Positions 26,506 through 36,955 of a DNA stretch of 64,000 bases are shown here, one piece after another. Under the pieces are notes generated by a model. It was not told the origin of the DNA. It ran no database searches and worked only from the letters and a program-made list of their open reading frames with translations. Source of the stretch: Longimicrobiales bacterium (GTDB taxonomy: Bacteria; Gemmatimonadota; Gemmatimonadetes; Longimicrobiales; Gaopeijiaceae); contig CBDFMQ010000002.1 in NCBI GenBank assembly GCA_965249725.1, positions 2,432,001 to 2,496,000 on the forward strand, given 5' to 3'. Within the stretch, counting starts at the first letter, position 1; each line of letters opens with the position of its first letter. A program made the position numbers and the translations under genes.

Positions 26506-29190
26506 ATGAGCACAATCCCCATCGAACGCCTCAACTCCGCCCTCGAAGGCCGCTACACCGTCGAGCGTGAGATCGGCGAGGGCGGCATGGCAACGGTCTT
26601 CTTGGCCGACGACCTGAAGCACGAGCGGAAGGTCGCCCTCAAGGTCCTGAAGCCCGAGCTGGCCGCAGTCGTGGGCGCCGAGCGCTTCCTCTCCGAGATC
26701 AAAGTCACCGCGAATCTGCAGCACCCGAACATTCTGCCGCTCTTCGATTCGGGCGAAGCCGACAGTTTCCTTTTCTATGTGATGCCCTACGTGGAGGGCG
26801 AGACCCTAGGCGACCGTCTGGGACGGGAGCAGCAGCTCCACGTGGACGAGGCCGTGAAGATCGCCACGGATCTCGCCGAGGCCCTTGACCATGCCCACCG
26901 CCAGAAAGTGGTGCACCGAGACATCAAGCCGGCGAACGTGCTGCTTCGGGACGGCCGACCGCTCATCGCGGACTTCGGGATCGCGTTAGCGGTCGGAGCC
27001 GCAGGCGGGACTCGCCTCACCGAGACCGTCCTGAGCGTCGGAACCCCGTACTACATGAGCCCCGAGCAGGCGACCGGCGACCAGTTCGTCGGCCCGGCGA
27101 GCGATATCTACGCGCTGGCGTGTGTGCTCTACGAGATGCTCGTGGGCGAGCCGCCCTTCCCGGGTGCGACCGCGCAGGCCGTGTTGGGCAAGATCATCGC
27201 CGGAGACCTGGTCTCCGCCACCAAGCAGCGCCCTTCGATTCCGGCCAACATCGACGCGGCCCTCCGGTGCGCGCTCGAGAAGCTGCCTGCGGACCGGTTC
27301 ACATCAGCGCAGAACTTCGCCCGTGCGCTGGGGGATCCGCACTTCCGGCATGGCGGTGCGTTGGCTGGCGCTGCTGGAGTGGGCGGAAGCCCCTGGAACC
27401 GCCTCACCCTTGCCTTGGCGGGTCTCGCGGCGTTGTTCGCAGCGGGCTTCGGGTGGGCGCTGACACGCTCCGATCCTTCTTCGCCTGTCTCCCGGTTCTC
27501 AGTCTCGATCCCAGAGGATCAAGCGTTCCGTGCCGGCGTGGAGACCTTCGACCTGTCTCGGGACGGATCGTTCATGGTCTATCGGGGAAATGCCGACACC
27601 GGATTGCCTCAGCTGTGGCTGAGGCGATGGGACGCGCTGGACGCCGCCCCGATCCCGGATGCGAGCCCGGCGACTGACCCCGCGATCTCCCCGGACGGTC
27701 GAGAGGTGGCGTTCCGTGTCGGGGGAGCACTTAGAGTGGTTCCGCTCGAGGGCGGTGTATCCCGTACGCTCACGGACGATGCCTTTTGTTGCTTACGATG
27801 GAGTCCTGAAGGGGCATGGGTCTACTACGCGAACGGCGAGGGATTGAGTCGCGTACCCGCAGGCGGCGGTCAGGCTGAAGTGCTCACGCAGCCCGCCGGG
27901 GGGTTGCACTTCATGCCCGACCCCTTGCCGGGTGGGCGGTTCGCCCTCTACACGGCCACTACAGAGGAGGGGGCCGAGGCCGACAGAATCGAGGCGGTGG
28001 ACCTCGAGTCCGGCGAAGTCAAAGTGCTCACGCGCGGTACCTATCCGCGCTACAGCTCCACTGGCCACCTACTCTTCGTAGAAGCCGGAGGGAGCACTTT
28101 GTTGGCTGCCCCCTTCGACGCAGACGAAGTGGAGCTCACGGGCCCCGCGGTCCCCGTGGTCGAAGGGCTGCTTCAGCACCCGCAGGGATATCAGTTCGTC
28201 GCTCTTTCGGAGACAGGCAGGCTGGCATACAGAACCGGCACCACCACCGCTGGGGGTGTCACTCCAGTGTGGGCAGACCGTAGCGGGGCCTCACGGCCGA
28301 TCGATCCTGAATGGAGAATACCGTTCGGGACCAACAGCAGCAGCCTCGCGCTCTCCCCCGACGGCACCCGGCTCGTCGTCTCGGCGCGGGGTCAGGAGGG
28401 CACTGTGGACCTGTACGTGAAGGAGTTGGAAGACGGTCCACTGACCCGGCTTACCTTCGAGGGCACGGTCAATCGGTGGCCAACCTGGTCACCGGACGGT
28501 CAGTCCTTGACGTTCGTGTCCAATCGATCCGGTCAGGACGATCTCTGGAGGCGACGGGCCGACGGTAGTGGCCGGGCAGAGCTGGTGCTGGACTTGGACA
28601 ACCCCATCAAGGAGGCTCTGTACTCACCTGACGGCGAGTGGCTGCTCTTCGTCTTGGGAGAGGGAAATTTCGGCGGCGGCATCTACGGGATTCGTCTTGG
28701 GACGGACAGCGTGCCGACCCAACTGATCGCTTCGGAGGACTGGGGCGCGCTCGAGATGTCGCTTTCTCCCGACGGTCGCTGGCTGGCGTATGCCTCGAAC
28801 CGGCTGGGCGACTCGCCTATCGACCCAGATTCCTGGCAGGTCTGGGTGCAGCCGTTCCCAGACGTGGATGCCGGCCTGTGGCAGGTATCCACGACCCGTG
28901 GCGACGAGCCCATTTGGGCCCACAGCGGTCGCGAGTTGTTCTACAATGCCGGCCCCATCGGCAACCAGGATCTCACGTCCGCGCAGATCAGTCTGGAGCC
29001 CACTTTCGCGGTTGGGCAGAGAACGATTCTCTTCGCCGTGCAGCCCGCGTATGCGACCCCGAACGGTCACGAGCAGAAGGTGAGCCTCGACGACCAACGA
29101 TTCATCATGCTTCAGAACCAGATCTCGGCGGGCAACCAACTGATCGTGGTCGACAATTTCTTCGAAGAGCTGAAGCGGGTGGGGAACTAG
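26506..29190 (+). CDS. Receptor Ser/Thr protein kinase with PD40 propellers, copy 2
   Basis: Same kinase motifs and architecture; starts 1 bp after the copy 1 stop. Confidence 0.93.
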   Translation: MSTIPIERLNSALEGRYTVEREIGEGGMATVFLADDLKHERKVALKVLKPELAAVVGAERFLSEIKVTANLQHPNILPLFDSGEADSFLFYVMPYVEGETLGDRLGREQQLHVDEAVKIATDLAEALDHAHRQKVVHRDIKPANVLLRDGRPLIADFGIALAVGAAGGTRLTETVLSVGTPYYMSPEQATGDQFVGPASDIYALACVLYEMLVGEPPFPGATAQAVLGKIIAGDLVSATKQRPSIPANIDAALRCALEKLPADRFTSAQNFARALGDPHFRHGGALAGAAGVGGSPWNRLTLALAGLAALFAAGFGWALTRSDPSSPVSRFSVSIPEDQAFRAGVETFDLSRDGSFMVYRGNADTGLPQLWLRRWDALDAAPIPDASPATDPAISPDGREVAFRVGGALRVVPLEGGVSRTLTDDAFCCLRWSPEGAWVYYANGEGLSRVPAGGGQAEVLTQPAGGLHFMPDPLPGGRFALYTATTEEGAEADRIEAVDLESGEVKVLTRGTYPRYSSTGHLLFVEAGGSTLLAAPFDADEVELTGPAVPVVEGLLQHPQGYQFVALSETGRLAYRTGTTTAGGVTPVWADRSGASRPIDPEWRIPFGTNSSSLALSPDGTRLVVSARGQEGTVDLYVKELEDGPLTRLTFEGTVNRWPTWSPDGQSLTFVSNRSGQDDLWRRRADGSGRAELVLDLDNPIKEALYSPDGEWLLFVLGEGNFGGGIYGIRLGTDSVPTQLIASEDWGALEMSLSPDGRWLAYASNRLGDSPIDPDSWQVWVQPFPDVDAGLWQVSTTRGDEPIWAHSGRELFYNAGPIGNQDLTSAQISLEPTFAVGQRTILFAVQPAYATPNGHEQKVSLDDQRFIMLQNQISAGNQLIVVDNFFEELKRVGN

Positions 29191-29213
29191 GCGGGTGGAG
29201 ATCTAGGCGGACG

Positions 29214-30029
29214 ATGGGCTACCGAAAGTGCCGCACGTGGCGTTGCAGCTTCAATATCGCGGCGGACAAGAAACACTGCCCCGGCTGCGGGTTCCCGACC
29301 GGCCTGGCCGGTCGCCTGTTCGTGCACCTCAGGCTCGCTCGAAAAGGCCCATCCCTCAGCCCCTTGGAGGCCGACCTCTGGAAGGTCATCGACAAGGCGA
29401 AGGACGAATGGCAGAAGCTCGCCACCCTGGAGGGTGATCTGACCGGCTACCACAAGCCGAAGATGCCGCCAGAGCAGAAGGCCGCGATCGCCAAGGGTAA
29501 GGCGCAGATCACGCGAAAGGTCCAGCCCGCGCTCCAACAGCTCAAGGAGATCGAAGTCGCGCGCTGGCAAAACGGGTGGACCCCGGTCGCCCTTAGACTA
29601 GCCTCCGGCGACCACAGTGACGCCGAGTTGGCCAAGATCGACCAGGAACTCTACGTGCACACCAGGGCCGGCTCGGCGCTGAACAAGCGCTGGAAGAACG
29701 GCATTCCGGAGTACGAAGGGCTCTTCACCTCGAAGACCAAGTCGATGGAGCCGTCGGTATTCCGCCTGGCCGTGACGATCATCCGGATCCGCGAGTGGAT
29801 CAGCGCGAGGCGGACCGTGCTGGCCCTCGGTGACATCTCCGCGTTCGCGGATGACAGCGGGCACCCTCAGGAACTCCCGACCGACGATGTCTCCGAGTGG
29901 CTGGGGATGATCTACGATCGCGAGGAGCAGCTCCAGCAGCTCACGAACGAGGCACTACGTCTGGACGTGGAGGAGGACGTGGACCGGTTGCTGGAGTCGG
30001 GGTCGCACGAGCGGCCGGAGACCCCATAG
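29214..30029 (+). CDS. Hypothetical protein with N-terminal zinc ribbon and helical/coiled-coil body
   Basis: ATG after a GGAG-like RBS; CxxxxC...CPGC; GC3-rich, coding-like codons. Confidence 0.65.
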   Translation: MGYRKCRTWRCSFNIAADKKHCPGCGFPTGLAGRLFVHLRLARKGPSLSPLEADLWKVIDKAKDEWQKLATLEGDLTGYHKPKMPPEQKAAIAKGKAQITRKVQPALQQLKEIEVARWQNGWTPVALRLASGDHSDAELAKIDQELYVHTRAGSALNKRWKNGIPEYEGLFTSKTKSMEPSVFRLAVTIIRIREWISARRTVLALGDISAFADDSGHPQELPTDDVSEWLGMIYDREEQLQQLTNEALRLDVEEDVDRLLESGSHERPETP

Positions 30030-30149
30030 CGGCTACCCTTCACTCCGGTTCGGCACTACTGTTGCCGCCTCACGACCCATACCCAGACCCCAAGGCCCTC
30101 GTCGATGACGTGTGACGCTCGCTCCTCCAACCCGCCCACTCACTAGCCC

Positions 30150-32401
30150 GTGCGGCCCATTCAACGAACGAAATCCGGCAGCCGGGTGGTGGCTTAGTAT
30201 CCCTGACCCTCCTCGCCCTCCTCACCGTCTCCGACAATGCCACCGCACAAGAAGGCGCAGGAGTCAGCCAGGACGCGAGGCCATCGGTATCGGCCGGAGC
30301 ATTGGATAGCGAGCTGAGCATCGACGGAGTCCTCGCCGAGTCCGTCTGGCGTGGGGCCCCCGCCATCGAGGCCCTCACCATGATCGCGCCGGTGGAGGGC
30401 GGAGATCTCGTCGGCCTCACGCGGGTCCAGATCCTGGCCAATGCCGAGTACCTGGTCGTCGGCATCGAGGCCCGCGATCCGGACCCGTCGGGCATTGTCA
30501 GCACGTCGAAGGCTCGAGACCCCCACCTCAGATCAGAGGACTACATCAAGATCGTGCTCGATCCGTTCCTCGATGGCCGGACGGGATACATCTTCGCCCT
30601 CAACCCGGGTGGCGCTCGCTATGACGCTTTGGTCGCCCGCCGTGGTGAAGGAGAGGACTCGGAGTGGGACGCCGTGTGGGAAGCGGCAACCTCGAGAGAC
30701 TCCCAGGGATGGTCGGCGGAGATCCGCATCCCCCTCCAGAGCTTGACCTTCGATGGTTCGCTCGATCGATGGGGCTTCAACGTGGAGCGGAGAATCGAAC
30801 GGCTTCAGGAAGTAAGCCGTTGGGCCAGTCCCTTCCGTGACGCCAAGATCGCCCAGACCGTGCGGGCGGGATACGTGACCGGCCTTCCTACCTTCGACAC
30901 CGGCTTGGGCCTCACCGTTCGCCCCGCCCTGGTCGTCGGAACCGACAAGTCCGGAGAGAACGAGCCTTGGAACGAGACCTTCGAACCCAGCCTGGACGTG
31001 TTCAAGCGGCTCGGCAACAACACGACGGCGATGGTCACTGCCAACACCGATTTCGCTGAGACCGAAGTCGATACTCGCCGCACGAACCTCACCCGATTCC
31101 CCCTCTTCTTCCCAGAGAAAAGAACGTTCTTCCTGGAGGGCTCCGACGTCTTCGACTTCGGCGTGGGGCTCTCGAACTTCCGTAGTTCAGACATCGTGCC
31201 TTTCTTCTCGCGGCGCATCGGCTTGTACGAGGGAGAGGCCGTGCCGCTCGACGTGGGGACCAAGATCAGCGGCAAGGCCGGCAACACGAACTTCGGGGGA
31301 CTGGTCACCCGGACCGGTGATGTGCGCGGTCTGGTTCCTGCCACGACAATGGGGGCGTTCAGGGTCAGGCAGAACGTCTTGGACGAGTCCAACGTCGGCG
31401 TCCTGGCCACGTTCGGCGATCCGTCCGGGGCCGATCGGAGCTACCTGGTGGGAGCCGATGCCACCTACCAGACCTCTCGGTTCCGGGGCAGTAAGAACTT
31501 CATCACCGGAGCCTGGGCGATGGTGACCGATCGGGAGGGTCTGTCTGGAAACCAGACGGCTTTCGGTGCCAAGATCGACTACCCGAACGACGACTGGGAC
31601 GTCGCGCTCACCTATCTCCGGATCGGATCAGGCTTCGATCCGGCCATGGGCTTCGTCCCGCGGGCAGGCATCCACAAGCTGAGCGGCGGCATGAACTACC
31701 GCCGCTACCCCGAGTCCCTGTCGTGGATGCGGACGATGTTCTACGAGTTCAGGCCCACGCTGTTCTGGAACCTGGCCGGGGAGTGGGAGAGCTATCGGTT
31801 CTTCACGGCTCCCATCAACTGGCGCCTCGAGAGCGGTGACCGCATCGAGATCAACGTGAACCCGGAGGGCGAGCAGTTACTGGAGCCGTTCGAAATCTCG
31901 GACGGAGTCGTCATCGACCCGGGATCCTACCACCACATCCGGTACCGCATCGAATGGGCCATGGCGACCAAGCGCCTCGTCAGCGGGCAGTTGACCTGGT
32001 GGTTCGGCGATTTCTACGACGGCAAGCTGGATCAGATCCAGGCGCGGGTTCAGATCCGGCCCTCGGAGCTCGTGGTGTTCGACCTGAACGCCACCTACAA
32101 CGCCGGAAGGATGGCAGCAGGCGACTTCGACCAGCAGGTCTACTCCCTGAGGGCCGTAGCCAATGTCTCGCCGGACCTCCAACTCACCAGCTTCGTCCAA
32201 TACGACGACGAATCGAAGCAGTTGGGCACGAACACCCGGCTCCGCTGGACCTTCCACCCTCTTGGAGATCTGTTCGTGGTCTACAACTACAACGTCGTGG
32301 ACCTATCTGGAGACCCGGATGCCGGCCTGACTCCAGGAGATCGCTGGACGCTCGATGCTACGCAGCTGAAGCTGAAGGTCCAGTACGCGTTCAGGAACTG
32401 A
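30150..32401 (+). CDS. CBM9-like + DUF5916 domain secreted/outer-membrane protein, probable frameshift in the signal peptide
   Basis: IDGVLAESVW, LDPFLDGRTGYIFALNP, NTDFAETEVD...NLTRFPLFFPEKRTFFLEG, FFSRRIG, C-terminal KVQYAF; the open frame from 30116 contains a signal h-region but no in-frame start before 30302. Confidence 0.8.
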
Positions 32402-32473
32402 CGGCATCATTGGCGGCGGCATGGATGGCTTCGCGGTTGCGCTCGCGGGCCTGCGAGTAAGATGTTGCTCGAC

Positions 32474-35191
32474 ATGGCCGACCCTATCACCCGCCTGAAC
32501 GCCGCCCTCAAGGGCCGCTACGTCATCGAGCGCGAGCTCGGCGAGGGCGGCATGGCCACGGTCTACCTGGCGGACGACCTGAAGCACGAGAGGAAGGTCG
32601 CCCTCAAGGTCCTGAAGCCGGAACTGGCCGCCGTCGTCGGCGCCGATCGGTTCCTCTCCGAGATCAAGACGACCGCCAACCTCCAACACCCGCACATCCT
32701 CCCGCTGTTCGATTCGGGTGAGGCGGACAGCTTCCTCTTCTACGTGATGCCGTACATCGAGGGGGAGACGCTCCGGGAGCGAATCGATCGTGAGAAGCAG
32801 CTTCCCGTCGACGAAGCCCTCGGCATCGCCACGGCCGTGGCCAACGCGCTGCACACGGCGCACGAGCAAGGGATCGTCCACCGGGACATCAAGCCGGCCA
32901 ACATCCTGCTCAGTCGGGGCGAGCCGCTCGTGGCGGACTTCGGCATCGCACTGGCCGTGGGAGCGGCGGGAGGCAACCGCCTGACCGAGACGGGACTCAG
33001 CATCGGCACGCCCTTCTACATGAGCCCGGAGCAGGCGACCGGCGACCAAATGGTAGGGCCTGCTAGCGACACCTATGCGCTCGCGTGTGTGCTCTACGAA
33101 ATGCTCGTTGGAGAGCCTCCTTACATCGGAAATACGGCCCAGGCAGTCCTCGGGAAGATCATCCAGGGGCTGCCAGTTTCCGCCACGTCCGTCCGGAAGT
33201 CGATCCCGGCGAACGTGGACGCGGCGCTCCGGAAGGCGCTGGAGAAACTTCCGGCCGACCGGTTCACGGGAGCGGACAGCTTCGCGAGGGCGCTGGCTGA
33301 TCCGGGGTTCCGACACGGAGAACTTGCCGGCGCACCCTCCGAGATCTCGAAGCGCTGGAAGAGAATCGCGATTGCAGCGAGCGCCATCGCCGCCATGGCC
33401 GTGATCGCTATGGCCGGGGGCTTCGTGACGAGGCCAACAGGGGTCCGTTCGGTGCTGCGTCAGAGAATCGCCCCGATCGCGGAGAGCACAGCTCGCCCGA
33501 TCGGGACGTTCACAGCGCTTGCCCCGGACGGCTCTAGCATGGTCTACGCCGAGCGCCAGGAGGGCGGCGACCAATGGGAGCTCTGGCTCAAACCCCGGGA
33601 CGCGGCGGAAGCCACTCTGCTGCCGGGCACCGAGGGTGCACAGAATGTCATCTACTCGCCCGACGGGCAGTGGATCGCGTTCGCCGCCGGATCCGAACTC
33701 AAGAAGAGACCGGTCGGAGACGGCTCGACCGTTACCCTCGCGGAAGGCCTCACGCCAGCGAGCAACAGCATGATCGCACTCGCGTGGCTCGACGACGGTA
33801 GCATCCTCTTCGAGCTGCCCGGGAGTACGCTCATGCGCATTCCCGAGGAGGGTGGCCAGGCCGACACGGTCGTGGCATACGGCGCGGAGGGGTTCATCCA
33901 ATTCAGCTACGCCGGCGCCCTACCCGGATCCCGTGGGGCGCTGGTGACTTTGTGCCCCGGTCAATGCGTCCAGAGCATCGCGCTCGGTGTCCGGGACTTC
34001 GAGAGCGACACGACACGGATTCTGTTGGATGAGGTCGTTCGAGGCTGGTACACCCCCACCGGTCACCTGATGTATGTACGCCGCGACGGCGCCGTCTTTG
34101 CAGCCCCCTTCGACCTGGACGCCCTGGAACTGACCGGCCCGGGCATCCCACTGTTCGCGAACGTGGTCGTGAACCTCACTGCGCCGGAGCTGGCGGTGGC
34201 GTGGGATGGGACGGTGGTCTACGGAGAGGGCGCAACACGGAACGCCGGTCGAGACCTCGTATGGGTCGATCGGAACGGCCAGTCCGAACCGGTCGATCCT
34301 GCGATGGCGTTGGGCCGATACTACACTTTGGCGTTGTCCCCGTTCGACGATCGCATCGCGGTTACTGCGGCAGGGTTGGAGGGCGCCGACGGGGTACCGC
34401 AGCTTTGGGTCAAGGAACTTCCAGACGGACCCATGACGCGCCTCACGACCGACGGCGGGCCAAGGCGTCGTCCGGCCTGGTCGGCGGATGGCCGGACGAT
34501 TTCATACGTCACCTATACCACCGGCGGGGGAGGGCCGCGTCACGCCCGGACGATCGTGGCCGACGGAAGCTCGGCGGGCGCGTTCGAAGTCCTGTTGGAG
34601 CGAGAACGAAGCGTCGAGGAGGTCGTCTTTACACCCGACCAACGTCAACTGGTCTTCCGCGAGGGCGCAGGCGCCGATGGAGACATCGGTTTCGTCGACC
34701 TGGCAACCGAGAGCGTCTCCGAAGCGGTACTCGCGTCGAACTTCGGCGAGGCTTCCGTGCTCTTGTCGCCGGATGGGCGATGGATGGCCTACGTCTCGGA
34801 CGCCTCCGGGCGGCGTGAGGTCTTCGTGCGGCCCTTTCCCTCGGCGCGATCTCGAGTCCAGGTGTCCACGAGCGGTGGCGCCAGTCCTGTGTGGGCGCAC
34901 AACGGGAGAGAGCTCTTCTTCGTCGGGGAGGACGACTGGCTCTACGCCGCGACCTACACGGCGGACTCTACGTTCGTGGTCGAGGGGAGAGACCGCCTTT
35001 TCGACTTCAGCTCATACTACTGGGACTCTCCCAACTGGAGAGTGTTCGACGTGACGCAAGACGACCAGCGGTTCTTGGCGATACGAGACGTCGGTGGCGC
35101 CTCCGATTCGTCGGACACTGAGGTGAAGTTCATCTACATCCAGAATTTCTTCGAGGAGTTGAAGGAGCGAATGGGCAACGGCCGCCGGTAG
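32474..35191 (+). CDS. Receptor Ser/Thr protein kinase with PD40 propellers, copy 3
   Basis: Kinase domain nearly identical in protein sequence to copy 1; TM; SPDG repeats; C-terminal QNFFEELKER. Confidence 0.93.
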   Translation: MADPITRLNAALKGRYVIERELGEGGMATVYLADDLKHERKVALKVLKPELAAVVGADRFLSEIKTTANLQHPHILPLFDSGEADSFLFYVMPYIEGETLRERIDREKQLPVDEALGIATAVANALHTAHEQGIVHRDIKPANILLSRGEPLVADFGIALAVGAAGGNRLTETGLSIGTPFYMSPEQATGDQMVGPASDTYALACVLYEMLVGEPPYIGNTAQAVLGKIIQGLPVSATSVRKSIPANVDAALRKALEKLPADRFTGADSFARALADPGFRHGELAGAPSEISKRWKRIAIAASAIAAMAVIAMAGGFVTRPTGVRSVLRQRIAPIAESTARPIGTFTALAPDGSSMVYAERQEGGDQWELWLKPRDAAEATLLPGTEGAQNVIYSPDGQWIAFAAGSELKKRPVGDGSTVTLAEGLTPASNSMIALAWLDDGSILFELPGSTLMRIPEEGGQADTVVAYGAEGFIQFSYAGALPGSRGALVTLCPGQCVQSIALGVRDFESDTTRILLDEVVRGWYTPTGHLMYVRRDGAVFAAPFDLDALELTGPGIPLFANVVVNLTAPELAVAWDGTVVYGEGATRNAGRDLVWVDRNGQSEPVDPAMALGRYYTLALSPFDDRIAVTAAGLEGADGVPQLWVKELPDGPMTRLTTDGGPRRRPAWSADGRTISYVTYTTGGGGPRHARTIVADGSSAGAFEVLLERERSVEEVVFTPDQRQLVFREGAGADGDIGFVDLATESVSEAVLASNFGEASVLLSPDGRWMAYVSDASGRREVFVRPFPSARSRVQVSTSGGASPVWAHNGRELFFVGEDDWLYAATYTADSTFVVEGRDRLFDFSSYYWDSPNWRVFDVTQDDQRFLAIRDVGGASDSSDTEVKFIYIQNFFEELKERMGNGRR

Positions 35192-35212
35192 CAGACGCTA
35201 CGAATTCGATCC

Positions 35213-35626
35213 TTACAGGTCTCTCGGCCAGAGCTCCGGTCTCCCCACCAGCTCGACCGGCCCGAAATCCCGCAGATCGAGCGTAGCGATCGCTCTCACA
35301 CTAAGCCGTTCCGCCATGGCCATCACCACCGCGTCGACCAGCCCAAGATTCAGATCGCCGTACTGCTCGTCCAGATCCAACGCACGTCGCAGATCCGCCC
35401 CGCCCTCCCACTCGACCGTGAACAGACCGTTCGCCAGATCCGCACGAAACGCCCGTGCCGCGGCCTCCCCTAGCCGCGACGTAACGATGTAGTCCACCTC
35501 CGGCAGGATCGCCCACGGCAGTACCCACTCGTCGGGTTCGGCCTCGAACGCACGGCGGAGAGGCTCATGGTGTCGATCGTCGGAGTCGATGAGCGCTACG
35601 ATCGCACCTGTATCGGCTACGATCAC
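35213..35626 (-). CDS. vapC: VapC-family PIN-domain toxin
   Basis: IVADTG, ILPEVDY, LGLVDAVVMAMAE, IATLDLRDF acidic PIN residues. Confidence 0.9.
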   Translation of the reverse strand: MIVADTGAIVALIDSDDRHHEPLRRAFEAEPDEWVLPWAILPEVDYIVTSRLGEAAARAFRADLANGLFTVEWEGGADLRRALDLDEQYGDLNLGLVDAVVMAMAERLSVRAIATLDLRDFGPVELVGRPELWPRDL

Positions 35627-35850
35627 GAATCCTCTCCCATACCTTCCAGCAGCTCCTCAGACCTCTCAGAAAGGCACCCATCCCCGCTGCTTCCCGCCCC
35701 GAGGCTGCTCGGCAGTTCGCGAGGGGCACGTCGCCCGGCGTATTCGGACACGGCCGTTCGTATCAGCTCGGCCGCCGAAGTGCCTTCAGTCGCAGCCAGC
35801 GCTTTCAGGCGACGGTAATCCGCCGCGTCCAGGTAGACCGTGGTCTTCAT
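35623..35850 (-). CDS. vapB: CopG/RHH antitoxin (VapB-like)
   Basis: MKTTVYLD...LKALAATEGTSAAELIRTAV ribbon-helix-helix; overlaps the vapC start; alternative start 35859. Confidence 0.85.
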   Translation of the reverse strand: MKTTVYLDAADYRRLKALAATEGTSAAELIRTAVSEYAGRRAPRELPSSLGAGSSGDGCLSERSEELLEGMGEDS

Positions 35851-35866
35851 CGTGGACATACTCAAG

Positions 35867-35890
35867 CATATATGGTTGCCATATATGGCA
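35867..35890. promoter_or_regulatory. vapBC autoregulatory operator (two CATATATG palindromes)
   Basis: CATATATG at 35867-35874 and perfect palindrome TGCCATATATGGCA at 35877-35890, directly upstream of the antitoxin. Confidence 0.7.
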
Positions 35891-35920
35891 CCAGGCCTAA
35901 GAGCCACGATATCCGGCGGT

Positions 35921-36916
35921 CTATTCGTCCCGCACCACCGCCATCTGCACGATCTCGTCACACAGCGCCGGGAAGCTGATCCCCCCTGCCCTGGCCGCCT
36001 TCGGCAACAAGCTGTTCCCCGTGAGCCCCGGAAGCGCGTTGGCCTCCAGGCACCACACGTCGCCCACCTTGTCCACCATGAAGTCCACGCGAGAGAAATC
36101 ACGCAGGCGCAGAAGCTCGTGCACCGCCAAGGCCTGCTCCTGCAGCGTCTCGGCGAGCCGGTCCGGGATGTCGGCCGGGAAGATCTCCTCGGCCATCCCT
36201 CCCTGGTACTTGCACTCGTAGTCGAACAGCTCGTGCTCGGATACGATCTCCCCCACGGGCAGGACGCGATCGCCCAAGATGCCCACGGTGAACTCCCGAC
36301 CCTCGATGTAGGCTTCGTACATCATGGGCGAAGGCGCCGTGGCATCCTCCGACACGGCGGCCACCACCTCGACCTCCTCCTGCAGCAGCGACAGCCGCAC
36401 GGAGGATCCGCCGGCCACCGGCTTCGCGATGACGGGGACGCCGATCTGCCCCATGACCTCATCGACGGTAGGGCTCACCAGCCAGTTCGGCGTGGCGATC
36501 CCCGCGTCGCGTAGCAGTCGCTTGGTGACGTCTTTGTCCATGGACAAGGCGCAACCGAGCATGCCGCTCCCCGCGTACCGGACTCCGGCCAGGTCCAGGA
36601 GAGCCTGGAGCGTCCCGTCCTCCCCCATCCCTCCGTGGAGCGCCGGGAACACGACGTCGGCGCGTTTGATCTCTTTGCGCTTGGTCAGGGTCTTCCGGGA
36701 GGCCCCGCCCTCGGTCACGAGCTCCCCGGGCGGCAGCGCTCTGACCCCGGATTTCAGGATGATGCGCTCGCCGATCTCAGTGATCACGCCCTTCGCGGGA
36801 TCCACGCACACGACCTCGTGTCCACCCTGCCTCAGCGCGTCGGCCACCTGGCAGCCCGACACGAGCGAGACGTCGCGTTCGTCGGAACTGCCCCCGAGTA
36901 GGACGGCGACCCTCAT
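35921..36916 (-). CDS. ddl: D-alanine--D-alanine ligase
   Basis: VAVLLGGSSDERDVSL, LHGGMGEDG, MDKDVTK, FDYECKY, SRVDF, LEANALPG. Confidence 0.93.
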   Translation of the reverse strand: MRVAVLLGGSSDERDVSLVSGCQVADALRQGGHEVVCVDPAKGVITEIGERIILKSGVRALPPGELVTEGGASRKTLTKRKEIKRADVVFPALHGGMGEDGTLQALLDLAGVRYAGSGMLGCALSMDKDVTKRLLRDAGIATPNWLVSPTVDEVMGQIGVPVIAKPVAGGSSVRLSLLQEEVEVVAAVSEDATAPSPMMYEAYIEGREFTVGILGDRVLPVGEIVSEHELFDYECKYQGGMAEEIFPADIPDRLAETLQEQALAVHELLRLRDFSRVDFMVDKVGDVWCLEANALPGLTGNSLLPKAARAGGISFPALCDEIVQMAVVRDE

Positions 36917-36955
36917 GGATGGACCTCCCCCGTCGGTGCGCCAGAGGTGACCACG

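Noticed and set aside
28638..29213. N-terminal extensions of ORFs 28638-30029, 23442-26504 and 49305-50162
   Set aside because: They overlap genuine genes in other frames and are Arg/Pro-rich noise; internal starts fit better.
32303..33901. 532-aa minus-strand ORF
   Set aside because: Antisense to kinase copy 3; similar shadows recur at the other kinases.
35921..36916. VanA-type D-Ala-D-Lac ligase
   Set aside because: Omega loop FDYECKY retains the Tyr typical of D-Ala-D-Ala ligases; no van genes nearby.
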